From NCBI GenBank assembly GCA_027371855.1, contig DAHXLB010000011.1, positions 7,459 through 71,458 of the forward strand: DNA of 64,000 nucleotides, written 5' to 3'. The position numbers and the translations under genes were made by a program. The notes beneath the pieces are model-generated. The model was not told where the DNA came from. It did no database searches and was given only the letters and a program-made list of their open reading frames with translations. The stretch comes from a bacterium (GTDB taxonomy: Bacteria > Patescibacteriota > Dojkabacteria > JAKAPS01 > JAJZLI01). This document shows positions 1 to 8,499 of this stretch, piece by piece (position 1 is the stretch's first letter; every line of letters begins with the position of its first letter).

Positions 1-1050
1 CGTTTCACTAAATGGAATCCCTTTAGCCTCCCATAAATAGAAAGATAGAGATCCAGGAATAGTATTAATCTCTATTAGATAAAATTGATCATTATTTTGA
101 TCTATTAAAAAATCCAACCTTACTATACCTCTGGAATTAAGTATTTTATATGCATTAATTATTACTTTCCTAATTTTATCATCAAGATTATCCCCTATAT
201 TTGCTGGTATTATTTTGTTTGATGATGCCATACCTTCTTGATTTTGAATTTTTTTATTCCCTTTTAGATATTTCTCATCATAACTAAATAGTTTAATATC
301 ATCTTTTTTTATTTCTTCTGATTCTGATAATTCGTACTCTTTTATATTCTGCATCACAGAGTAGTTTATCTCACGCATATTCTCTCCAAATTTTTCAATA
401 ATGACATTATTATCATAGAGAAAATCTTCTGATATAGCATCTTCTAACTCTTCTTCATTTTCAACTTTTTTAACTCCAATACTAGAACCTAAAGATGATG
501 GTTTTACTATGTATGGAAAATCTGAGATAGTTTTTATTTTTTTTATACACTCTCCAATATTACTATTCCATTCATCTATATTAATATAAGTCCAAGGTAA
601 TATAGAAATATTGTTTTCCTCCAATATATATTTCATAACTATCTTATCCATTCCATAAACAGATCCTTTAACTCCAGAACCTGTATAAGGAATATCAAGT
701 ATATCTAAAAATCCTTGTATTGTACCATTTTCTCCATATCCTCCATGAAATGCTAATAGACATATGTCTGGCAATTGCAAAGTTTTTAATTTACCTATTT
801 TAAAAATAACTTTTTTGCTCTGAATTATTATTGTTAGATCTTGAATGCTTAGATTATTAAAATCTTTAAATGTGTCAAATTTTACAAAATCAGGTATATA
901 TTTAAATTTATTATTTTTATCCAAATAAATTGGATATATCGTATATTTATCTTTATTAATTTTTTTTAATATTTGTTTTGCTGTTATTATAGATATTTCA
1001 TGCTCTGGAGATTCACCACCAAACATTAAATATAAATTGATTTTTGACAT
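1..1050 (-). CDS. ddl: D-alanine--D-alanine ligase; the last few C-terminal codons run off the window edge
   Basis: Not in the supplied track because there is no stop inside the window. My reverse-strand translation from the ATG at 1050-1048 gives MSKINLYLMFGGESPEHEISIITAKQILKK. It continues ...LLAFHGGYGENGTIQGFLDILDIPYTGSGVKGS... and is still in frame at the edge (IPGSLSFYLWEAKGIPFSET). These match the Ddl signatures GG-S-EHE-S, HG-GE-G-QG and PY-G-G. It lies 6 nt downstream of murF. Confidence 0.85.
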   Translation of the reverse strand, partial: MSKINLYLMFGGESPEHEISIITAKQILKKINKDKYTIYPIYLDKNNKFKYIPDFVKFDTFKDFNNLSIQDLTIIIQSKKVIFKIGKLKTLQLPDICLLAFHGGYGENGTIQGFLDILDIPYTGSGVKGSVYGMDKIVMKYILEENNISILPWTYINIDEWNSNIGECIKKIKTISDFPYIVKPSSLGSSIGVKKVENEEELEDAISEDFLYDNNVIIEKFGENMREINYSVMQNIKEYELSESEEIKKDDIKLFSYDEKYLKGNKKIQNQEGMASSNKIIPANIGDNLDDKIRKVIINAYKILNSRGIVRLDFLIDQNNDQFYLIEINTIPGSLSFYLWEAKGIPFSET

Positions 1051-1056
1051 AGATTT

Positions 1057-2430
1057 TTATATATAATATAAATCAGTAATCTCATTTTGCATTAATACAA
1101 TATCACCTTTTTTAAGTATACTCTCTTTCATATAATCAAATTCTTTGTAGTCCTTTATATATATTATCTTTTTTTTATTATTAATTCCATTTTCTATGTA
1201 TTTTGTATATGGTGTGTTAAAAAGAAATATGACATTGATTTTGTTTAATAATTCTCCATAACTTTTATTAGCTGATTCAGTCTCCATACCTAGTTCTACT
1301 ATACCACCTGTTAGAATAGCCGTCCTTGATCCCACCTTTTTAGATTTTAAAAACATTAAAACATTTAAAGCTTGCTCGGCAGACTCAATACCTATATTAT
1401 ATGTATCATCTATAAATAGAATGTCCTTTTTGTAATATGGATAGAGTCTTCTCTCTACAGGTTTTATCATTTGAAGCTTACCTTGAATATTAGAAATATC
1501 TAGCAACTTTGCTATATCTATTGCAATGGTAAGGTTAGATAACATAGCCTTTCCTAATAGGCTTGTATGATAAATTTTCTTATCTTTTCTAAAATATGTT
1601 TTTAAATTTGAAAAATTAGTCTCTTTAAATTTAGTTACTCTATATTCCTTACTATCTATTTTAGGAATAGTTTTTATGTTGTATACATCTTCTGGTAAAA
1701 TGACTATTGAGTTTTTTTTTGCAAAAATAATATTTTCTGATTCTGCCTCAATAATATTTTCTCTACTTTTAAATCTTTCTAAATGTTCCGTACCTATTGA
1801 AGTTATTACTGATATATCTGGTGGAAACATTTTACACACTCTTTTTATATCTCCTTTCTTATAAGCTCCGACCTCTAATAAAAGAATTTCTGTATTAAGT
1901 GGCATTCCTGAATTTATTGATAAAGAAATACCCATAATTGTATTCACACTACTTGTATTCACATTACCTTTTGGAGTAAATACTTTTTTATCACCGTTCA
2001 ATAATGTATATATAAATGATGTCGTTGATGTTTTTCCGTACGATCCTGTAACAGCAATAATCTTAAGGTTATTTATACTTTTAACCTTCCTTTTAGCTTT
2101 CTCTATCACTATCCCCTCTAATATTAATGATATTGGTTCTAGTATAACTGACGATAATATAATGTATATAGGTGTTAGAAAATATATGAGGATCACAAAT
2201 AGTATTACAGGGATAATATTTTTTGAATATACTATGGTTAGATATAAAGTTATAATCTGCAAAATCAAAGTAAATACTATATATGTTTTAATTTTAATCG
2301 TATATACAAGTTTATCTTTAAAATTATATTTTTTAAAAATCCTTGATCTTAAAACAAAAAGAATAAATTTATATAAATCATATTCGTACAATTGAAATAT
2401 ATAGAGGTATCTATAATATATATTATACAT
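1057..2430 (-). CDS. murF: Mur ligase, most likely UDP-MurNAc-tripeptide--D-Ala-D-Ala ligase, with a hydrophobic N-terminus
   Basis: Carries the P-loop IIAVTGSYGKTSTTSFIYTLL and the MurF-like motif IDDTYNIGIESAEQAL. It is directly upstream of ddl. The first ~110 aa are transmembrane-like helices rather than the usual MurF N-domain. Confidence 0.75.
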   Translation of the reverse strand: MYNIYYRYLYIFQLYEYDLYKFILFVLRSRIFKKYNFKDKLVYTIKIKTYIVFTLILQIITLYLTIVYSKNIIPVILFVILIYFLTPIYIILSSVILEPISLILEGIVIEKAKRKVKSINNLKIIAVTGSYGKTSTTSFIYTLLNGDKKVFTPKGNVNTSSVNTIMGISLSINSGMPLNTEILLLEVGAYKKGDIKRVCKMFPPDISVITSIGTEHLERFKSRENIIEAESENIIFAKKNSIVILPEDVYNIKTIPKIDSKEYRVTKFKETNFSNLKTYFRKDKKIYHTSLLGKAMLSNLTIAIDIAKLLDISNIQGKLQMIKPVERRLYPYYKKDILFIDDTYNIGIESAEQALNVLMFLKSKKVGSRTAILTGGIVELGMETESANKSYGELLNKINVIFLFNTPYTKYIENGINNKKKIIYIKDYKEFDYMKESILKKGDIVLMQNEITDLYYI

Positions 2431-3202
2431 TTTTGTTCTCTTTTAAATTTAAATATTTTTTTATTATACCTGTAAAGAGATAAGGATTTTCAAGATGAGC
2501 GAAATGTCCATTGTTTTTCATAACCTCCAAAACAGATTTTTCTATGCCATTTTTAAATATATATGCATCTTTTAAGTCTAATTCTTTATCTTTGTCACCC
2601 CAAAGTATCAATGTAGGGGTTTCTATTTTATTAAGTTTTTCTTTAGCATTATAAGATATAGCATTTAAAAATAGATTTTTATATTCCTTTGCATTCTTAT
2701 AATCATTACTTCTTAGTTTTCCTGCTATATAAGCAGATCCAGGTATTTTTTTTAGGAATTGTATTTTTCTATATGGGGTTTTATGTATTATTCCTGCAGA
2801 GCTAAACAATATTAAATTGGAGACAACTTCTTGGTGTTTAGAGGTGAAATCTATTGCTATTCTACCACCAAATGAGTGTGCTAATATATTAACTTTTTTT
2901 ATTTTTAAATCATTTATAAAAGAAAATAAATATTCACTATAATCTGAAGTCATAAAATTATAGAAGCTATCATCTTTACTATCTCCAAATCCAGGTAAAT
3001 CAGGACATAATATATCCATATCTTTAGACAATAATCCTATTACTCCTTCCCAAGATTCCTTATTTTGCATCCATCCATGTAGTATTAATAGTGGTATTTT
3101 TCTAGAAGGACCTTTTGAATAGAAATAATACATTTTTTTATAATGCATATTTTGTAAATTGTTATCAGACATACTGTGATTATACAATAAGGGAGTGTTC
3201 AA
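2423..3202 (-). CDS. alpha/beta-fold hydrolase
   Basis: Contains LLILHGWMQNKESW, the nucleophile elbow AHSFGG (G-x-S-x-G) and a C-terminal GHFAHLENP (catalytic His region). It overlaps the murF start by 8 nt. Confidence 0.7.
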   Translation of the reverse strand: MNTPLLYNHSMSDNNLQNMHYKKMYYFYSKGPSRKIPLLILHGWMQNKESWEGVIGLLSKDMDILCPDLPGFGDSKDDSFYNFMTSDYSEYLFSFINDLKIKKVNILAHSFGGRIAIDFTSKHQEVVSNLILFSSAGIIHKTPYRKIQFLKKIPGSAYIAGKLRSNDYKNAKEYKNLFLNAISYNAKEKLNKIETPTLILWGDKDKELDLKDAYIFKNGIEKSVLEVMKNNGHFAHLENPYLFTGIIKKYLNLKENKNV

Positions 3203-3255
3203 TTAAAGTTTGTATTAATATATAATTATACATATACTTTATTATAAAAATTATA

Positions 3256-3882
3256 GTGAATATATTTTTAAATCTTTTGTTTGGATTTATTATATCTGGA
3301 GTGGCATTTATTCTTATTATAGTATTTGACTTTATAGCAAATTTTTTTATTGATAATAAGAATATAACTAGAGGTATTATACATATTTTTTTTGGATTGG
3401 TTTCAATATTTCTAGCTCTCCATCTCCTTGAAGTATCTTTCATTACTATAATTATTCTATCTTTCTTTATAATATTTCCATCATATAAATTAAAACTACT
3501 TTCATCTATTCATGGAGTTCACAGAAAGACATATGGAGAATTATTTTTACCTGCAGGTATTTTATTTGCATATATATTTTCTTTTTCAAATATGCATTAC
3601 TTTGTAGCTGTAGTTTTAATACTTACACTTGCTGATCCTATTGCGGGGTTTGTTGGTAGTTATATAAATAAAACTAAAAAAACTAATCTGGGATCTATAG
3701 CTTTCTATATAGTAACGTTTATTATTCTATATATAATGTTTCCTCAATATAACATAATTTATATTGCTATAATTGGATTAATAATTACTTTAGTTGAAAG
3801 GGTCTCTATTTTGGGGGCGGATGATATTACAATACCATTATCCGCACTTGTACTTATTTATCTTCTTGCACTATTTTCATAA
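3256..3882 (+). CDS. polytopic membrane protein, polyprenol/dolichol-kinase or CTP-transferase-1-like
   Basis: A 208-aa protein that is all hydrophobic helices. ITRGIIHIFFG, LADPIAGFVGSYINK and GADDITIPLS resemble the CTP-dependent polyprenol kinase / CdsA-like family. The assignment is tentative. Confidence 0.4.
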   Translation: MNIFLNLLFGFIISGVAFILIIVFDFIANFFIDNKNITRGIIHIFFGLVSIFLALHLLEVSFITIIILSFFIIFPSYKLKLLSSIHGVHRKTYGELFLPAGILFAYIFSFSNMHYFVAVVLILTLADPIAGFVGSYINKTKKTNLGSIAFYIVTFIILYIMFPQYNIIYIAIIGLIITLVERVSILGADDITIPLSALVLIYLLALFS

Positions 3883-4885
3883 TACTTCTGGCAAGTTTAC
3901 TACTATCATGTCTTATCAATGCTCTCTTAGTAGTATCACCTTTTTGTGGTACTACAGTTTTTTGTGAGATAACATTAAAGCGTCTTGCTTTATCATTATC
4001 TGATAGATCATCTATAATTGGGTAACCTCCTTCTTGCTCATATTTTCTTAATATGTTTTCAGGATATTTTCCATTATTTAATAATATAAAGTCTATTATG
4101 TTCTTACCAATATATTTCTCTATATCTTGAATACAGTCAGAAGCTTTATACTTATAAGTCTCGCTTTTTTTAGATATTAAGTTCATAACATATATAACTT
4201 TAGCTTTATTCTGAGAATCTTTGGTTCCATAACCCTTGGATTTTTTGATTGCATCAATTGTTCCACTCACAATAAAATTTGGTAATACACTTGTGTATAA
4301 GTCCCCTGGCCCAATTATTATATAGTCAGCATTTAATATAGCATTTTCAGCATCAAAAGAAATCATTACCTCTGGTTCTAGATATAGTTTTTTTATTCTG
4401 TATACTTTCTTATTATAATCTTGGCCTGTTCCTATATCATCATCACCTTTTACTATTTTACTATTTTCAAGTTTGGCTACTAAGGTAGCTTTTTGAAGTG
4501 ATACGGGAAGTACAGTGCCTTTAATATGTAATATTTTACCCATCTGTTTTATTGCTTCTTGCTCAGACCCTAAAATCTCTATAAGACCAGTTAAAAGCAG
4601 ATTGCCTAAGCTATGACCTTGTAACCCCTTCTCTCCTTTATCAAATCTATATGTAAATAATTGTCTTATTAATGTTCCATCTGGGGATAAAGCTGTTATG
4701 CATTGTCTTATATCTCCAACAGGTAATATACCAAATTCATCGATAAGTCTTCCAGTTGATCCACCATTATCAAAAGTAGTCACAATAGCTGATATATTAC
4801 AGTTTTTAATTTTTTTTATCCCTGATAATAATGTGAAGGATCCAGTTCCTCCACCTATTGTTACTATGTTAAGATTTTTTTTCAT
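3854..4885 (-). CDS. YvcK/CofD-family protein (UPF0052, gluconeogenesis-factor-like)
   Basis: The N-terminus IVTIGGGTGSFTLLSGIKK...AIVTTFDNGGSTGRLIDEFGILPVGDIRQCITALS is the characteristic YvcK/CofD motif block. Confidence 0.75.
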   Translation of the reverse strand: MKKNLNIVTIGGGTGSFTLLSGIKKIKNCNISAIVTTFDNGGSTGRLIDEFGILPVGDIRQCITALSPDGTLIRQLFTYRFDKGEKGLQGHSLGNLLLTGLIEILGSEQEAIKQMGKILHIKGTVLPVSLQKATLVAKLENSKIVKGDDDIGTGQDYNKKVYRIKKLYLEPEVMISFDAENAILNADYIIIGPGDLYTSVLPNFIVSGTIDAIKKSKGYGTKDSQNKAKVIYVMNLISKKSETYKYKASDCIQDIEKYIGKNIIDFILLNNGKYPENILRKYEQEGGYPIIDDLSDNDKARRFNVISQKTVVPQKGDTTKRALIRHDSSKLARSIMKIVQEDK

Positions 4886-4928
4886 ACAATTGATATATTA
4901 GCAAATTTAGCTATAAAAAGAAATTTTA

Positions 4929-6188
4929 TTATTTTACATTTAACCCTATTTTAGATATATATTCTTTTATTGTACTCTCATCTATTTTCTCTCTTGATTG
5001 TATCCTTCCAATTTCAATATTAGGATTTATTAAACCTTTGTTTTGTAATAATAGTAAATTATTACCATTAATACTTGTTATATCATAACCATCATTTATT
5101 TTTTCAAAATTCCTATTATATACACCATTAAAGTTAGACTTCATTTCTATAACATCATCTTTGGTGTTACGTATAATAAGTTGATTTAAATGATAATCAT
5201 CAAAAAGTAATTTATTAATTTTATCTACATCTATAGAGTATTCTTTGTTTAGAAACTCCAAAATATGAATTAATTTAAATGGCATCTCTCCTTTTTCTTG
5301 TTGTATTTTTGAGAAGGTTGGCATAGTTGCGTTCTCTCTTGCATTGATTTCAATAAGATATACCCTCTCATCATCTACTATAAAGTCTGCACCAAACATA
5401 CCTTTATAATTATCCTTCTTTAGTATGTTCCCTATCTGTATCATTGCATTTTGCAATAACTCTTTCTTTTTTTGATGGAGTTTGGTATTCCAATCATTGC
5501 CTACAGTACCTCCTTCATATTTGGTTAAATAAGATACTCCAGTTATCTGTTTTGTTAGATTACCAGTCAATATTCCATACTTAGTGACTACTCCATTTAG
5601 TGTATAATATTCTCCATCTATGAATCTTACTGCCTTTGCGTATCTTTTTGCGTATCTTGTCTTTAATTTATAATAATCATCTACATTTTTTATAAAAAAT
5701 GTAGTATTCCCACTTTGACCTCCTTGGAATTGAATTACAAATTTATTTCCTAGTGTATTTTTTAAGGATTCGTAACTATCTTTTTCTAAATTTATTATTT
5801 TTGTCTCAGGAATTAAATCTTTGAAAATTCTTACTATTTCTAATTTATTTTCATATTTTCTATTTAACCATGAGTCTGTATTTAATATATTTTTGTGATT
5901 TAAAGTAAACTCTATGTTAGGAGCTATTTTAAAAAACATAAAATATGGGTTTTTAAATTGCCCGATAAACTCTTTTGATTTACTCTCTTGTAATAATTTA
6001 TTTGAATTTCTAAATATTTCTATATTTGGATTGTCTTTTTTTAAAGAATAATATGATTTGATAAAGTTTAGTATATATGAGTCATCAATGCATAATATAT
6101 GATAATTCGAAATTATATCCTCAATACCAAGTGCTCTCTCAGGATCATTAGTTACATAAATTATATCTATATTATCTAGTTCTTTCAT
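4929..6188 (-). CDS. ATP-grasp ligase (L-amino-acid-ligase-like size and layout)
   Basis: A 419-aa protein. KGMFGADFIVDDERVYLIEINARENATMP is the ATP-grasp Mg/ATP-binding end motif. It has a central glycine-rich FQGGQSGNTTFF. Its start overlaps the upstream PLP-enzyme stop by 4 nt. Confidence 0.65.
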   Translation of the reverse strand: MKELDNIDIIYVTNDPERALGIEDIISNYHILCIDDSYILNFIKSYYSLKKDNPNIEIFRNSNKLLQESKSKEFIGQFKNPYFMFFKIAPNIEFTLNHKNILNTDSWLNRKYENKLEIVRIFKDLIPETKIINLEKDSYESLKNTLGNKFVIQFQGGQSGNTTFFIKNVDDYYKLKTRYAKRYAKAVRFIDGEYYTLNGVVTKYGILTGNLTKQITGVSYLTKYEGGTVGNDWNTKLHQKKKELLQNAMIQIGNILKKDNYKGMFGADFIVDDERVYLIEINARENATMPTFSKIQQEKGEMPFKLIHILEFLNKEYSIDVDKINKLLFDDYHLNQLIIRNTKDDVIEMKSNFNGVYNRNFEKINDGYDITSINGNNLLLLQNKGLINPNIEIGRIQSREKIDESTIKEYISKIGLNVK

Positions 6189-7150
6189 ACTGTATCTGGA
6201 TCCGCGGATCCTGTAAATAAAAGTATTACTCTATTAAATTTATAACCTTTTTTTAAAGCTTTTTTGAGTCCTGCAACTGTTAAAGCTCCTTCTGGTGATG
6301 TAAAAATATCATTTTTTATAAGTTGTTCTTGTGCTTTTTTAATCTCTTCATTTTGTATTGTCCATCCCCATCCCCTACTTTTTTTTATAACATCAATAAC
6401 TTTCTTTTTTCTTTCAGTTACTCTTGCCACTATAGAATCACATAAAGAATTATCTTCTTTAATAAAATCATTATCATAAAATTTGGATAGAGTATTTATT
6501 TTGGATGTTTGTACTAGATGAATTTGACAATTACTTGAGAGTGACTTAGATATCCCATACAATGTTGTTCCACTTGATACCGGGATAAATATTGAATCAG
6601 CCCTAATGTTTTCTATCTCTTTTGATATAGTTTTAAATCCTTCTATAGCATACTTGTCTTTAGAGCCTCTTAAAAGAGTGATATTTTTCTCTTTAGAATA
6701 TTTAAATGCGTCTGATAAAGGTTTTTTTGACTGGTGAATGCTAATTTTTTTTGAGTTTTTTTCTATATATTTAGCTAGTCTTTTTGTTTTTTCTTTAGAC
6801 AATTTATCTGAGATAAAGATGTCTAAATTAATATCTGCAAGTTTAGAATATGCTATTGCTGATATTGCGGTATTACCAGATGATGGGACTACAATATTCT
6901 CAATCTTTTTAGATTTTAGATAAGATATAAGGAAGGCTAAAGACCTATCTTTGGATGATCCAGTAGGATTTTTATCCTCTCTTTTTGCATATATATATGG
7001 GATTCCTGTTTCTTTTTCTAAAAAACCTAATCTTAAAAGTGGAGTACTTCCTTCATTTTTCGTTACTCTATATTTTTCTAGCACATTATATGAAAATAAT
7101 TCTTCATATTTCCAAATTCCTTGCATCTTGATGCCTTTGATACCTTTCAT
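6185..7150 (-). CDS. PLP-dependent threonine-synthase-like (fold type II) enzyme
   Basis: Contains EGSTPLLRL...YAKREDKNPTGSSKDRSLAFLIS (PLP-lysine motif NPTGS-KDR) and VVPSSGNTAISAIAYS. At 321 aa it is the size of a short ThrC or cysteine-synthase-like protein. Confidence 0.7.
   Translation of the reverse strand: MKGIKGIKMQGIWKYEELFSYNVLEKYRVTKNEGSTPLLRLGFLEKETGIPYIYAKREDKNPTGSSKDRSLAFLISYLKSKKIENIVVPSSGNTAISAIAYSKLADINLDIFISDKLSKEKTKRLAKYIEKNSKKISIHQSKKPLSDAFKYSKEKNITLLRGSKDKYAIEGFKTISKEIENIRADSIFIPVSSGTTLYGISKSLSSNCQIHLVQTSKINTLSKFYDNDFIKEDNSLCDSIVARVTERKKKVIDVIKKSRGWGWTIQNEEIKKAQEQLIKNDIFTSPEGALTVAGLKKALKKGYKFNRVILLFTGSADPDTV
6194..6214. repeat. palindromic GGATCCGCGGATCC at the ThrC-like/ATP-grasp junction
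   Basis: The sequence is ATCTGGATCCGCGGATCCTGT. The 14-nt perfect palindrome lies at 6198-6211 and encodes the tail TGSADPDTV*. Confidence 0.85.
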
Positions 7151-7194
7151 GTATTAATTTTATCATAAATATTACTATTTAGTATCATTATAAG

Positions 7195-7758
7195 CTATAT
7201 CTTTATATTTGTAATTTTGGGAATACCATACTTCTTTTTAAATTCATTCAATATTTCTATTTTATCCTCTCCAAAAGCCTGTAGTTCTAATTTAATATCA
7301 TCAAATGTACTAAATGTTCCTCTTTTAGAGTGAAAATTATCAGCATAGCATAGAATTTCTTCTTCAGTGCTTTCTGGAATAAAATCTTTTAAGGGTAATG
7401 GTAATTTTTGTCTTTTAATATCATTTTTTGATATTCCTACACCTGTATGATGAGATGCAAACCTAGCAATTTTATAATCAACTCCATTCCCTATTAAAAA
7501 TTTCTCTCCTAAAATGCCATGTTTTATATATGGAATCTTTATACTATAATCTTTATTCAGACAAAAATACGCTCCTATATCATGTAACAATGCTCCTGCT
7601 ATTAATAGATCAATATCAATATTCTGAATTTTTTTGTTTTCTATTATCTCTAAACTGAAATCTTTTACTATATTAGAATGTTTTAGAATTATATCACCAG
7701 ACACTCTAGCTATATCTGATGCTACTTTATGCAATTGCAATATTTTTTTGTATGTCAT
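7195..7758 (-). CDS. HD-domain phosphohydrolase
   Basis: Contains GALLHDIGAY (the HD motif), HHTGVG and CYADNFHS. The protein is 187 aa. Confidence 0.65.
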   Translation of the reverse strand: MTYKKILQLHKVASDIARVSGDIILKHSNIVKDFSLEIIENKKIQNIDIDLLIAGALLHDIGAYFCLNKDYSIKIPYIKHGILGEKFLIGNGVDYKIARFASHHTGVGISKNDIKRQKLPLPLKDFIPESTEEEILCYADNFHSKRGTFSTFDDIKLELQAFGEDKIEILNEFKKKYGIPKITNIKI

Positions 7759-7883
7759 TTTGAATAAATATTAAATATTTTATATATATTTTTAAAAATA
7801 ATTATATCATAGTCCTGGTCCTAACTTTGTCCACGATGAGGAGCTTTGTATATTTGTATTGTTCAATTTTTATATAATATATC

Positions 7884-7912
7884 TCTTGTATATTTTTTTA
7901 ATATGATATAAT
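7884..7912 (+). promoter_or_regulatory. sigma70-like promoter candidate for brnTA
   Basis: TTGTAT (7884-7889), a 17-nt spacer, then TATAAT (7907-7912) preceded by TGa (extended -10). It lies 38 nt upstream of the brnT ATG. Such hexamers are easy to find by chance in AT-rich DNA. Confidence 0.4.
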
Positions 7913-7950
7913 GTATATGTAATATATATACTTAAATACTGCTGAATTGA

Positions 7951-8271
7951 ATGGATAACATAAAAATATTTAATGGGAATATATTATTTGAGTGGAATGA
8001 AGGTAATATTATAAAAAATGTAAAGAAACATAGTATTACTAATGAGGAAAGTGAATCTATATTTTTTGATATTAATAAAATAATATACAATGATACTCCT
8101 CATTCAAATAATGAAATAAGGTATATAATATTAGGAAAAAGTAAATTTGGGAATATGTTATTTACTGTTTTTACAGAAAGAAATAAAAAAATAAGAATAA
8201 TATCTACAAGAACAGCAAATAAAAAGGAGGTCAATTTTTATGAAGAAGAAAATAGAATTACCAAAATTTAA
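7951..8271 (+). CDS. brnT: BrnT-family (DUF497) ribonuclease toxin
   Basis: FEWNEGNIIKNVKKHSITNEESESIFFD ... IRIISTRTANKKEVNFY matches the DUF497/BrnT pattern (FEWD..K...N..KHG..F.E ... RIISAR.A...E). The toxin comes first, as in brnTA loci. Confidence 0.8.
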   Translation: MDNIKIFNGNILFEWNEGNIIKNVKKHSITNEESESIFFDINKIIYNDTPHSNNEIRYIILGKSKFGNMLFTVFTERNKKIRIISTRTANKKEVNFYEEENRITKI

Positions 8272-8497
8272 AAACGAAACTGAGGAAAGAACTTTTTGGG
8301 AGAAATTTGACCTCTCAGAATACGCAGAAAAAGGAGATTTTAGAAAGGTTGCTTTTCCTGATTTAAAACCCACATCAAAAAGTATATCCATAAGAATACC
8401 TACATATATACTTTTAAAACTAAAAGAAGAAGCTAATAGTAAAGATATCCCTTATCAAAGCTTGATAAAAGAATTTATTGTAAATGGATTAGGATAA
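8240..8497 (+). CDS. brnA: BrnA-type (CopG/RHH-like) antitoxin
   Basis: Contains FKNETEERTFWEKFDLSEY and ISIRIPTYILLKLKEEANSKDIPYQSLIKEFI (a ribbon-helix-helix C-terminus). It overlaps brnT by 32 nt. Confidence 0.75.
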   Translation: MKKKIELPKFKNETEERTFWEKFDLSEYAEKGDFRKVAFPDLKPTSKSISIRIPTYILLKLKEEANSKDIPYQSLIKEFIVNGLG

Positions 8498-8499
8498 GA

